DNA of 64,000 nucleotides from the IMG/VR virus record IMGVR_UViG_3300045988_160394, positions 160,001-224,000 of that record. The stretch is one strand, 5' to 3'. The notes beneath the pieces were generated by a model that saw nothing but the letters and a program-made list of their open reading frames with translations, was not told the DNA's origin and searched no databases. The DNA comes from a virus. Below, piece after piece: positions 12,974 through 25,625 of the stretch (positions are counted from its first letter, which is position 1; every line of letters starts with the position of its first letter). The translations under genes were made by a program, and so were the position numbers.

Positions 12974-13531
12974 TTATTTTTCTAAACTGTCTTCTTGACC
13001 TTTAGTTTTAGTAGCCTCTTTTCCCTTTTTAGTAGACTCTAATTCTTCTGTATCTTCAGGCAGTTTAGCTGGTAGCACTGTTGGAAAATCTGTAACAACT
13101 TCTTTATGCTGTTCATCTATAATATTTAATAGTTCTTCATATCTTTCTAGACTTAATATGTTAACCATATTATAGAAGTCTAAAAGCTGTTCCATTTTTT
13201 CTTTATCATAATTGTCTTTTCCTATATTTATTACCGCCTTAATTAGGTTATATCTATCCTCAATTAAAATATTTTTTGGATCGATATTTATTGTAGCAGG
13301 TAATTCTCCTGTAGGTGATTTAACCATTTCTACACCGAAGTTAGCATTATCAGCTAGATAGGTTGCATTTAATTGCATCCTATCATATAAAATGTTAGTT
13401 TGTCTTATTTTATCATCTAACATTTGATTTTTTTCATTTAAATCTTTTACTCCTTGTAGCATAGGATCAAACATATCGCATTGATCAGCGAAGTAAGATA
13501 AGACTTGAATCATGTTATTAAAATTACTCAT
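12974..13531 (-). CDS. Hypothetical protein, 185 aa, possible fibre accessory/assembly factor
   Basis: ATG 13529-13531 with AAGGAGAG upstream that contains the TAA of the preceding fibre gene. TAA stop at 12974. Acidic, Lys-rich C-terminus. The function is inferred only from its position downstream of the 1769 aa fibre. Confidence 0.6.
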   Translation of the reverse strand: MSNFNNMIQVLSYFADQCDMFDPMLQGVKDLNEKNQMLDDKIRQTNILYDRMQLNATYLADNANFGVEMVKSPTGELPATINIDPKNILIEDRYNLIKAVINIGKDNYDKEKMEQLLDFYNMVNILSLERYEELLNIIDEQHKEVVTDFPTVLPAKLPEDTEELESTKKGKEATKTKGQEDSLEK

Positions 13532-13534
13532 GTT

Positions 13535-16500
13535 TTACTCTCCTTTTATATTTAGTATATTATTTAAAGAATTAAATATCTTGCTTATACATCTATTTAC
13601 ATTCTTCATAATAGCTCCAAAATTGTTTTGTGTTTTAAATTCTAATTCTCCTTGAATTTTATTATCTGTAGTTATATAGGTCTTGTCTTTATAAGTATTT
13701 ACATTTATATCTATACAATCTATATTTTCTGTAATTGGTGTAGCTAATTCGTAAATTACTGTTGTTGGATTAGCTTTTAATCATTTTTTAAAGCCATCTA
13801 TATCTTGAGTTGATAATTTTGATTTTAAAATTGAAATTTTTATATAAGATGGAGATTGTGGTCCTGATCTCCCTTTTATAAAAATTAATTCATCATCTAC
13901 TGTAATACTTCCTGGAAAAACATCTTCGTCACTTACTTTGAAAGAGTTACAAATAAATTTACCATCTAATTTAGCATCGTCTTTTGTATTGATATCTAAA
14001 TAAAACCCTATACATGAAAAATCGCTTTTATCTGTATACTGATTCCAGCTTTCATTTCCTGTAATATTATATTCTTTGAAATTTCTACAAACTTTAATTT
14101 GCTTATTCCTTTCATAAATATAATCTCCTTCTCTAAGCGGTTGAGTTAACAAAATATCTCTTTTATCTTCTTGGTAAGGCTCGTAAGATAAATTTTGACT
14201 ACCCTCGACTATTTGAATATGAGTATATTTGTTTTTGTATACCCCAGTTGTTATATTGCCTTGTAAATAAAAAGTTACAAAGACCTCCTTATCAGTATCT
14301 AAAGTAAAGGTTTTAGGAATGTTTGGTTTTACATCTCCACTATATGAAGTGTCGTCTACAGTACTTCTTACGGCAATGTTGACAAAACCCGTACCTTCTC
14401 CACTATATGAAAATGTGTAAGTTCCCTTTTTTAAAAACATACGCTTTTTTATATTTGCATAAGGATAAGGAAAGTCTGCTGTATTATAAATTTCAAAGCC
14501 GTCTTTTATTTCTTTGTAGTTAAAATTTTTTCCTATTCCATCCAAGTCAAATAAATTTTTACCATGTGATAAAATACTAATTTTATTGCCTTCTGCTTCT
14601 CCAAAAGATTTTATTCCTTCAAAGTAAGAAGGTATAAAATCAATTTCCCCTTCTACAATCAACACATCTGAAAAGAATTTGACTGTACTTCTGTCAATGT
14701 GATATAAACTTACATTTTTATGTGTTACGCTTGGCATAGTGCTTAAGGTGAATGTTTGTTTATGAGTTCCAACTAAATTACTTGAATTAAGTATAATGTC
14801 TGGAGCACTCATACCACCACTAAAATTTAAAGTTGTTTTACCAGTACCACTTTCTATTGAGTTAATGGTATAAATAATAGTATAAGTAGTATTAATTTTA
14901 AACATTTCATTTGTACATAAAGTTGCACTTAATGAAGGATTACCCACTTTTTGATTATTAAGTCTGTATTTAACTAAATTAACTAAAGTCCTACCACCAA
15001 TCCTCATATTTTCTGTTCTACTATCTAATGTATTATCACATTCTATATAAGTACCAATATAATTTCTGTATTCACTGATCTCTCCATTATCTAACATGGA
15101 AGTATGTTTTTGTAACTCTAAAACATTTAAAGCTGTTGATAATTGAGCGGCTTCTAAATTGGAAGCTTTATCGTTAAGTAAATTTAACGAATTAGAACTC
15201 TTATTTATATGATTAATGTTTTCTTTTATTTGTGTAGATAAATTATTTGGTATAACAAAATTTAATTCACTTGATATATTATTTAAACACTTTATATGAG
15301 TTTTATTTTTATAAATATTAAAATTTATATCTAAACAATCTCCAACTATTTCTGTTACTGGATTTATTAAATCACATACTATATTTATTGGATTATTTTT
15401 TAATCAAGTTTTAAATTGATCTATAGTACTAGCTGTTGTTTTTCTTATTCTTATATAAATACCATTTCCTTCAGAAACGTGGAATCCTTCTCCTGTTGTT
15501 TCTGCTATTACTGTACTTTGTTGAATAAGTTTATCACATAAAGCATTTCTACCTTTAACATTATTTAATGGCATTCTAAAGTTTGCTATTTCATGATCAT
15601 TAATGGATTGTAATTGCCATTCAGTTTCGTTTCCTTTAAAGTTAAAGTTTGCAATATTTCTATTAATTTTAATTGTCATGTTCTGTTGATACATTACATC
15701 ACATATATTATTAATTCCTCTTAAAGGTTCTTTTACTAAAATACTTTTTAAGTTTGATAAATATGGTTCATATTCTGTATTTGTGCCTTGTTGTTCTTCA
15801 AGTTGAATACAGATTTTAAAGTTATTGAATACTGTATTTTCTGGAACAAAAAATCTTATTCTTTCTAATTTTTTACTAATGCTGTTTGTAATAGTTGCTA
15901 CGTTTTTATTATTAGCAGGAGATATTATTCAATTACTTCCGTTTTTACAAGCTAGTCTTATATCATCATTATTTGTTGAACCACTTATTTTTTTGTAACT
16001 TATTTTATATCTTTTATCTATATCTATGTTTATATAATTATCAAAAGATATTAACTCTACATCACTTACTTTAGTTTTCCCATTCAATATTATACAATCA
16101 TTGTCAACTACATAAGTTACACCATTTCTTTCTCCTGTTATAAATTCTTTAGGATTAAATAAATTTTTTCCACAACTTAAAATTTTAATATTGTTATCTT
16201 CTAATTCTCCTGAACTTTTTATTCCTTCAAAATAATTTGGTATATTTTCTTCAGTCAAATCTCCTTCTAATATTGTTACTTTAAATTTTAATTGTCCACC
16301 ACTATAAGTATTTGTTAAAAATATTCTAGCACCTTGATTTCTACTAAGAGAATCAAAACTTTTTTGTGTAGTTAATACTTTTTTATAAGTTCCTTTTACA
16401 TTATTATCTACATTTATTAATAATAATTGTAATGAATCAAAAACACTTTCATCTGATTCGTTACCAACTATTAAAGAACCTGCTGCTGAATTTTCAGTTT

Positions 16501-18380
16501 TAACTAAAGTATTTTCTATTATATCAATAATAACAGTGTATTTTGTATTAGTTTTTCATAATGAATTGTTTGGATCAAAAGCATTAGATCATGATCCAGC
16601 TATTGGATTCATTATTATAGTAGAACCTTCTATACTAGCATATCTTAGTCCTAACTTTTGAGGATCTGTAGGAAATATATTTTGAAGAGTTTGTCCTTTT
16701 ATAATCATATTAGAAGTTCTACTATCTTTAGATAAATTATTTATAGTAATATTAGTACCTTCGTAATGAGTATAGTCATTATCATTTTTTATATCTTTTT
16801 GAAGATCGATAATATTTAATGAAGATGTAACTACTCCTTCTTCTAATTTAGATATCTTATCTATATTGTTTTTATTATTATCTACATAGTCTTCTATAGT
16901 ATTTAATCTAGTAGTATTATTTTCTAAATTAGCAGCTGTATTCATTGGCACAGTAAAACTTAAATCACCTTTAATTATATTATCAGAAGTTATATAAGTT
17001 CTTTCATTAAATGTTTTTAGGTTTATATTTTCACTTAAAGGTGTTTCAACTGGTTCTGCTAATTTATAGTAAACTGTTGTTGGATTATCTCTTAACCATT
17101 GCTTAAACTCTTCTAAAGTAGTAGATTTAGGTTTTAGTATTGCTAATAAATTTGTATTACAGTATATATAGTTTACTAAATTGGTTCTATCATTATATTT
17201 ACAACTTGGTAATGTGCTTGAAATACAGTTTATTGCATCTCTGTCATTAACTGCGAGTGTTTCTAATGGTTGTATATAAAATTGTCTAATATCTTCTGTT
17301 AAATCGTATATATACCAGTTCAATTCAGCGGTTAGTGTATACTTATGAATCTTCTTAATAGCAACATTTCTTATAAAATTAAGTTCATCTCTTATACTAT
17401 TTACTCCTCTAAGGCCTTCATCAAACCCTAAATTTTGCAATAAAATATCTTTTTTATCTTGTTTATAGGGTTCATAAGTGGTTGATTGTTGCACTTCTTC
17501 TAATTGAATACTTGAAATAGTTCCTCTTATATTTACAATGTGAAAAGTATAAATACCATTATCATGGTTGAATACAAAACTATCATTTATATTATAAATG
17601 TCTTGTATTTTTGTTTCTGCTACATACCCTTTTTGTTTGCCTAACATTATAGAACCAGTATTGCCTATATTGCCTTTACATGAAAACTTATATGTTTTTC
17701 CTTTTCTTAAATATACATAAAATTGAACATCATTGTATGCTTCGTTAGTTGCTGTTATTGTTTTATCACTTCTGTTAACGGAAACATATGAAAGCTTAGA
17801 AAAAATTTCATTAAAATTAATTAAGTTTTTGCCACTACTTAAAATACTAATTTTATCTTCTTGTTGTCCAAATGATTTTATACTCTCAAAATATTCATCT
17901 ATATAAGTTAAATCAGTTCCTTCTTCAAACAACATAAAATCTGAAAAAGATGCTTTTCCTCCATTATTGAAATCAATATTTTCTACATATAAACCAATAT
18001 TATCAAAAAAACGCATACCATTATTATTAGTAGGAGTTCATGTAAAATTTATAATTCCTAAACTATTGCTTAAACTTGAATTACCATAAGCTGCCTCAGT
18101 AGTTCCATATCCATATATAGAAAGTCTTTTTGTATTTTCTATGTTATTCATTATTAAATATCCTTTATAAGTTTTTCCAACTTCTAAAGGATATACAGTT
18201 TTAAATATTTTGATTCTACTATTTTCATCAGCACTTTTGTCTATAACAAAAGTTCCATTACCTTGTTTTATAAGATTATGCAAAGTTTTACCTTTGATAA
18301 TCATATCAGTAGTTTTACTAACTATACTATTATTTATAGTAATATTTTCTCCATTGAAATACTGATATTCTTTATTAATC
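13535..18380 (-). repeat. Three tandem ~1.6 kb protein-coding modules within fibre gene 13535-18844
   Basis: Each module carries the same motif series: Y.G.NI.I.N...S.T..M.I.G.TL.N; (I/V)P.YFE.IKS.G....I.ILS.GKNL; YEPY...K.IL; F(K).WL..NP..V.Y.L..P; IN..TY...T.I...N.I.G.L.F. Approximate module limits are 16780-18380, 15090-16780 and 13535-15090. The modules are diverged at the DNA level. Confidence 0.7.
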
Positions 18381-18844
18381 ATTTCATCATTTCATGATTT
18401 TATATCTTCAGTATTCTTAGTTATTTTATCATCTCTAGTTTTAAACTCATCATTTAAACCATCTATTCTTTGTTTATCAGAAGCACTCATTAAACCAGCA
18501 TTTGTTTTGCTAGCCATGGTAGTATCTGCTTTATTATCTCACTTTGTTTTTTCTGCGTCTGTAACAAATCTATGAGTTGCGTCTTCTGTGATCATTGTTG
18601 CAGCATGAGTAGAAGGATGTGTATAGTTATTAACGCCATCTAATTTAGCCTTATCTTCTTTAGACATAAAACCGTCTTTAGCAGGAGTAGCTAATCCATG
18701 TTCATGATTGCCATCCATATTATTTAATTTATCATTCAATGTTTTACCATCTGAAAATTCTACAAATTCAGATTTAGTAACAGGATAAACATTAACGTTT
18801 TGACCATCAACATTAGTTGATAGTTGTATTCTTTTATTTGTCAT
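13535..18844 (-). CDS. Modular tail fibre, 1769 aa under table 4
   Basis: ATG 18842-18844 downstream of terminator 18893-18921. Fragments 18539-18844, 18038-18382, 16589-18016, 15929-16258, 15404-15694 and 13781-15097 share one frame. Eight in-frame TGA: 18539, 18392, 18038, 16589, 16556, 15929, 15404, 13781. I translated all gaps; the first TAA is at 13535-13537. The N-terminal G(F/L)MSxxDKxK(L/I)DG repeats are typical of Firmicutes-phage fibres. Confidence 0.8.
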
Positions 18845-18892
18845 TGCTTATTTTTACCCCTTTCTTTAAATTATTTCACTTATTAATATATT

Positions 18893-18921
18893 AAAAAAAG
18901 GAAGACAATTCCTCATCTTCC
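18893..18921 (-). terminator. Rho-independent terminator after gene 18933-19379
   Basis: Stem GGAAGA/UCUUCC (18900-18905 pairs with 18916-18921) with a 10 nt loop, followed on the transcript by U7 (plus-strand A-run 18893-18899). Confidence 0.65.
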
Positions 18922-18932
18922 CTTCTTTTTAT

Positions 18933-19379
18933 CTATTGTTCACATTCAACATCTAAAAGCAAACCTTTTAATTCGCTTTTTAAGTTAGATGGTAATGGTC
19001 CAATAATCAATTCAAATTCTACATAGTTATCTGCATTTAAATCAGAACCGTTGTTAGCACTTCCTGATAAATTACCAATATCTATATATCCTCTATCCAT
19101 ATCTATTGTTAAAGGTTTTGGTTCTGAATTATCAAATTTCACTCTACATAATTTAAGCATATAGTTATCTTCATAGTTTTTAAAATAAATATTTAGCTTT
19201 GCATTATTTGCATCTTGAACATCTTCTGAGCCTAATCTATTATTCCATAATTGTATCTTAACTCTTATTGTATCATTAGGCTCATAAGAACCTTCCATAT
19301 CATGAGTCTTTTTAGGAGAATATTCATAAGTTCCATCTATATTTTCTAATACATATCATGTAAATTTTGGTCCTATCAT
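18933..19379 (-). CDS. Hypothetical structural protein, 148 aa under table 4
   Basis: ATG 19377-19379 lies one base after the upstream TAA (TAAAATG). One in-frame TGA at 19356 hides the true N-terminus in the track. TAG stop 18933-18935 is followed by a terminator. Confidence 0.65.
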
Positions 19380-19380
19380 T

Positions 19381-21906
19381 TTATCTACCTACCTTGCCTA
19401 TTTTTATTCCTGTTAATATTATTATATCACCTGTACTCATTAAAGGAGATAAACTTTCTGTTATAGTAAAGATTGTATCTTCATAAGCATTAGATTGATT
19501 ATTAAAAGTGTTATAAATTCTATAATCCACGTCTCTTATTAATAGCTTATCTAATTGATTGCTAACATTCCTTTTTATAGCCACAATAAAGTCTTGTTCT
19601 CTACATTGATTTTTGATAGAGTAATTTAAATTTCCTTCGTTAAAGCTTATTGATGTCATTATATGATTTAATGATTGTATAGAATTATTAACCATAGTAG
19701 GTGGCATTTGTGATTCGGATAATACAGAATCTTTTTTCAAAAAGTCATTATTCATTGTCTCTGAGATTTCTTTAACTTCTTGTATTTCTGTTTTTAGTTC
19801 CTCTAAATTAGATGTAACTTCTTCTTGTATTTTTATTGTCTTGTCATATAACTTATTAACCTGTTTAACAGCAGTTTTTGCATCATAATCTAATTCGTCT
19901 ATTAAATCAGTAATATGCTCATAAGTATATATGTTAGTTTCTATTCTATAAGTTAATTTACTTCCTGGTTTGCTATTAACAAGAGTAAATTGTTTTGTCT
20001 TAGCTCCTCTTCTTCTAGGGGCTAATGCTGTTATATTGCCTGCTTCATCTGTAGAAGGCTTATCTGATAGATCTGTTCCTTCTATAAAATCAACATCTTT
20101 AATAAGCTTAATACCATCTATGAATATTTCTAATTGATTTTCTCCATATCTATAATAACTATTTTCTATGTCTATAACTTTATTATCTGTTAATGTAATA
20201 GTTACTTCATCACTAAAAGTAGCTGTTCTTTGAAGTTTTCTTTTTAATGGACCATCGTTAACCCTTCTTTGTACAGTAGCTTCCACACATAGATCTGTTG
20301 CTCCATTATCTTCTTCATTTAAATCTACATCTAATGGTTGTTTTATTTTAAAACCTATACCTGTATTTTCATAATCACCACTTATAGTCTCTAAAGTTTG
20401 TTCATCCCAACCAAAATGATTTTTTGCTCCACTTATAATCTTTTCTGGTAATACCCCTGAATATAAATCATAAACAGTTATTTCTTCAAATTGATCATCA
20501 TGTAAAGGTATTTGGTTAATTAATAAAGTAAGTTCATGTTTGCCAGGAGTATATAACATATTAATTTCTTTCTTCTTATCGAATATGAAATATTGATATT
20601 TGTATGGATATTGATTTTCATCTTTACCTAGCCCTATAGCTTTTTCAGTAGCAAAGTAATTACGGCCACCTTCTTCTGAATCATTACTATATATTCTTAT
20701 TTCTTTTGCATTAATATAAGCAGAGTTATTAACAGGGACCCACATTTCATGAGCATCAAAATTAGTTATCTTATACTTTATTTTATCTCCTACTTTTAAT
20801 TCAGTTAATATTCTAAAAGTATTAGACATTACTCCTCTTTTTACATCCTGTATATCTGCTGGTATTCCATTTATTAATTCAGCAAATTGAGTCTTATCTA
20901 AAAGTATGTCATTTATATATATACTTAATTGATCTTTACCTACATAATAATACATATCTGTTGGATAATCTTTTAAAGCATTTGCATTGTTAGCATAATC
21001 TGTAGTAACAGTATATTCATTCATAAATACTAGCTTATCTGTAGTTTTCCATACTTTTAATTGATTAGTAAAACTATCGTATCACATAGTATTTTCTTTA
21101 GGGTCTTTTGGTTCTACTAAATGTATAACTTGTAAATCTTTAAAAGGAGTACCACATAGCCATAGTTCTCCATACTTATCAGTATAAATATTTCTAATAC
21201 TTCTTAAATCTTTTCTTACTGTTATGTTAGCATATCTTGTACCATTGTCTCCTAAGAACATACCATCTATTTCAATAAATGCTATTAAATATTTATAATC
21301 ATTTGGTAACATTAATGAAGGAGTAGGAGAAGTAGTAGAAGACATCACTTTTATTTGATTGTTTTTATCTACGTATACTGTATCTATTCGTTTATCAGTA
21401 AAGTAATAAGTTATAACTATATCTCTTCTTGTTATACCAGTTAATGATAATACTTTATCGTTAATTGCTCTAACTCTTATATAATCATCTTGAGCTATAC
21501 TATCTCTATATTTTATATCTATTCCAGACATTGCTGGGACAAAAATATTTTGTGTTTCAACAGTTGCTTTTCTATTTAATGAATAAGGAACATGTTTTAC
21601 CTTTACTTGGTTACTTGAGTTACAAGTTAGATATTCTATTTCTTTTGCTAACTTAGGTCTATCTATATTTATTTTTGTTTCAGGTATATGAATCTCTTCT
21701 CCATTATTACCTATAATAGAAGCTTCAGATATTTTTATAGCAAATTCATTATCTGAAACAATAGGAGTAATTTCTAATCCAGAAGCTATTCCTGATCCTC
21801 CAACGTTTCTTCTTTCTCTATTAATTTGATCTTGTAACACTTTCAAATTATAGTTAATTTCTTCGGCTTTTATACCTTCTGAAAAATCTATTAGTTTTAT
21901 ATCCAT
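19381..21906 (-). CDS. Baseplate/fibre-associated structural protein, 841 aa under table 4
   Basis: ATG 21904-21906 with AGAGGTGAT upstream. Fragments 21082-21906 and 19381-21024 are in one frame, joined by a single TGA at 21082. There is no SD before the internal ATG at 21024. TAA at 19381. Confidence 0.7.
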
Positions 21907-21922
21907 TTATCAAATCACCTCT

Positions 21923-23773
21923 TTATTGTTTTTCATCTTCAAATATAATTACAGGGACATCAGTAGAGCTTATATATCTATTAATAGCTTTTAAAATATT
22001 ATCTTCATATACTTTATATTTTGTAGGTAAAGTAAACACAATAGTACCAGTTGGTCTATATGGTCGTCCATTTATATGTCCTATATCCATTAAATTAAAG
22101 TTATCTATAGCGTCTTCTACTAATCCTCCGCCTAATTGTCTCATATCTATTATATTTACAGCATCAGGTGTTTGATAAACTTTAATAGTAAACAGTGCTA
22201 TACCTAAATCTTCTTTATAATCTTCTTTAAAAGTAAAATCTATATTTTGATTACTAAGATTGATATAAAACAAATATTCTGCTTCTCTTATTCTTTCAAT
22301 TTTATTTACTTCTGTTTTTACAAAAGGTATAACTTTATCTATAGGCATTTGAGTATCTATACCTAAAGATGTGCTTTTAAAAGCTAATATCTTAACATCT
22401 AAATCATATTCATTTGTAACTGTAAACACTTTATCTTCTAAATTCGTTTCTATCTTATAATGTAATTCACTTAGATATATTATCTTACTTCCATCATAAA
22501 TAGAAATTCACCCCATTGGTTTTTCTGGTTCATTAAAATATGGAGAATCTTCTTTCACATCTTGAGTAAACATCAGCTTTCCTCCACTCATCCCAATAAA
22601 GTGAACAGTAGAATTTGGTTCAAATAAGTCTTGTGAAGGATCTACAGGCCCATTGCTTTTATATATGTTAACTGAATAAATATCGAATTCAGAAGCTTTT
22701 AATCCAAAGTAATTAAATAAATCAATGTTTGACATAAAGTATTGCTTTTTAACAAGCTTACCTGATTCTATTTGAAAATCTGGAACATTACTACATATTC
22801 ATTGAGATAATGATTCTGTTTTCTTATAAGAATTCAAGAAACAATAAAATATAGCTTCATACATTAACTGTATATATTTAGGTATGTCTTTTATAATTTC
22901 TGTAGTAGATATTATTTCATATCCTCTACCTATATGTTCTATTATTACTATTGGAGCCTTTTCTGTATTAAATATATTATGATATATTACATTAGGGTTA
23001 TAAGGTAAAGCATTAGTATCAAAACAAGATACACAATTGACTACTATCTTAGAATTTAAAATAGGATCTTTTATCTGATAATCATAACCTCCTGATATAT
23101 TTTCATGAGGGTATTCTAAATTAAAATCAGACGCTAATCATATTGCTATATTATTATTTAAAAAGCTTTCCTTATCTATTTTTATAGGTTTAATACTATT
23201 GTCATAATATTTACCATCAGGAGACTCTATGAATAGAACATCACAATCAGTAGCACTCATATCACTAAATGCATGAGAATCTATTCTATTATTGTTTATA
23301 GATATATTTGGTGGAACTATATTTCTAGTACTAGGATTAGAAAATCCAGAGGCTATTCTCTTAGATAAATCTAAACTATCTGGATCATCTACGCAAGCGA
23401 CATTAACATTGTATGAGTTACCTATTTTATAAGATAATTTTCTTTTTATAGTAACTTCATAATCGAATACATGAGGTTCAAAAGTTATGATATCTTTAGG
23501 TCTATAATAATATTTATCACCAACTCTAGTTAATAAGTTATCCATATTAATAGCTTCATTGAACTTATTAAATAATTTAACTTTTGGAGAATCAAAAGCT
23601 TCGTTTAATAGAACTGGTTCTTTTATATCTTTAGACATTAAAGGCTCTATTTTTGTTTCTATACTGTATTTAGTATAATCTACTTCTATCCTCGCTAAAG
23701 GAACATTTAAATCTAAATCTATATGTCTATCCGTAATAGATTTTATTTTATGATTAGAAGGGAATATCTTCAT
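21923..23773 (-). CDS. Baseplate-region structural protein, 616 aa under table 4
   Basis: ATG 23771-23773 with GGGAGGT upstream. Fragments 23138-23773, 22508-22735 and 21923-22429 are in one frame. In-frame TGA at 23138, 22799 and 22508. I translated the gaps. TAA at 21923. Confidence 0.7.
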
Positions 23774-23780
23774 CTTTTAT

Positions 23781-25625
23781 TTACCTCCCTATTGCTATAT
23801 AACAATCTTCAGAAGGAATCGTTTTTGTATTAACATATTTATATTCATTAATATAAGTAATGCCTTCTAAATTCTCAGAGATGTTGTTATATAATAGTTT
23901 TGTTTTTTTATCTTCTTCAATAGATATATCTACTTCATAGCTATTAAATTCATGTCTATAATTAATAGCATAGGAATCTTCTTTTAAGTAATCTACTATG
24001 ATTAATTTATAATCTTTTAAATCACTTATTCTAATTTCTCTATATTGTTTATTAACGTATCTTAAATCTTTTTCAAATAAGATGTCATAATAGTTAGCAC
24101 AAGCGTCTATAGTATCTAATCCTTCTTTTGGTATTCTTAATAAATTATCCATATCTAATTTAGAATTAGCTCTTATACCATATACAATAATTGTTCCATT
24201 TTTAGAACTAGGATTGTTTGTTAATCTAATAAGATTAGCAGGTTTAAAATATTCTCTTTCTACATTAGTAAACCAATAATAGTCTTTATCGTTCTTTTTA
24301 TATATTCTATAACTAGAAGACAAATCTAACGGCTGATCATTTTCATCCACAACTATTATTGGAGAATATATAGTTCCAGGAACAGATTTTTTAATTGTAT
24401 TCTCTACTACTACGTTTGTTGTATTACCATTTAGATCTTCTACAACTAAATCAGTTATTACTGAGTTTATATTCTTATTAATAATTAAAGAATTAGATTT
24501 TAACGTTACTTCTTTAACTATATAATCATTTAGATTAGTTATAGTGATTTTATTATCTTTGTATTCGTAATTGTATTTAACATTAGTAGCTAAATTTAAA
24601 TCAAACAATCCATAACTAAAATCGCCTGTTTTTATTATGCTATAATCTAATGGATTAGTATGGTCATATCCAGGAGTATGATGTATATTACAGCTTCATT
24701 TTATACTTTTTATTTTATTAAGCATAAATCTTATCTCACTACCTTTTATATCAACCTTATCACCTTTATCTGGAGATGTTCTATAATAACTGTTGTTTTT
24801 ATCTGTTGTAATACAAATATTTTTTATTTTACCTTTAGTACCTTCAAATTTTAAAGATATTTTTTGTGAATAATCTAAAGTAAAACTTTTATCGACAGCT
24901 AATATATTTTTTCTTTGATCAATTAATCTAGTATCTTCTGATTGAAAAACATAAGGAACTATATCACAATCACCTTCTGTTTCATATTTAAGATAATACT
25001 TACCATAGTTTAAATAAATATCTGGTTGTTCTATTTCTGCTTCTCCATTACAATATTTAAATTCGAAAGCATCTCTATAAAATCATATATAACCTCCATT
25101 AGTATTTTGCATATTAGTAACCCATCCATAAGGAATTGAAGAGGCTATATTTATATTTTTTATAGTATTATCTTTATTGGAATAATAGATTACATTGTAT
25201 GTTTCAAACTCTATAGGAGATTTAAAAGTACATACTTTTTCAGAAACAAGTTCACCATCTTTTTCTCCATTTAGAATCAGAGTAAATGTAGCATTTCTTT
25301 TTTGTAAGCAATATGTTAAATCTTTAAACATATTTGCTGTTGCAAAGCTACTAGGAAATGTAGCTAAAGTCTTTTGAGAATCTTTATTTGAAAATATAAT
25401 TTCAACATAGCCTTGTCCTAATTTAAAAAGAATTATTTCTTCTTTGTCTTGTAATCTAGAACCTTCACTATTGGTTAATCCTATAGCGAATCCAGGAAAG
25501 CTATATTGTAAATTAAGGGCGATATCAAAATCGCCCGTATATATATAATCATCAAATAAGATATCTTGCTCATAAAATTTTATACCTTTATCCGTTAAAC
25601 TTACACGGCTATTAGGTTGTAACAT
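23781..25625 (-). CDS. Baseplate-region structural protein, 614 aa under table 4
   Basis: ATG 25623-25625 overlaps the upstream TAA (TAATG), with AGAGGTGAT upstream. Fragments 25083-25625 and 23781-24608 are in one frame. In-frame TGA at 25083 and 24696. TAA at 23781. Confidence 0.7.

Noticed and set aside
13781-17098. TGA decoded as Gly (table 25) or selenocysteine instead of Trp
   Set aside because: TGA aligns with a TGG-encoded Trp in a paralogous repeat of the same gene (17096 vs 15404 and 13781). The TGA contexts are aromatic/hydrophobic. About 91 sites with no recurring downstream hairpin argue against SECIS-dependent Sec.
1-18844. Diversity-generating retroelement or phase-variation repeats next to the fibre C-termini
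   Set aside because: By eye I saw no near-identical template/variable DNA repeat pair, no reverse transcriptase or invertase gene, and no long homopolymer tracts. The internal repeats are diverged protein modules.
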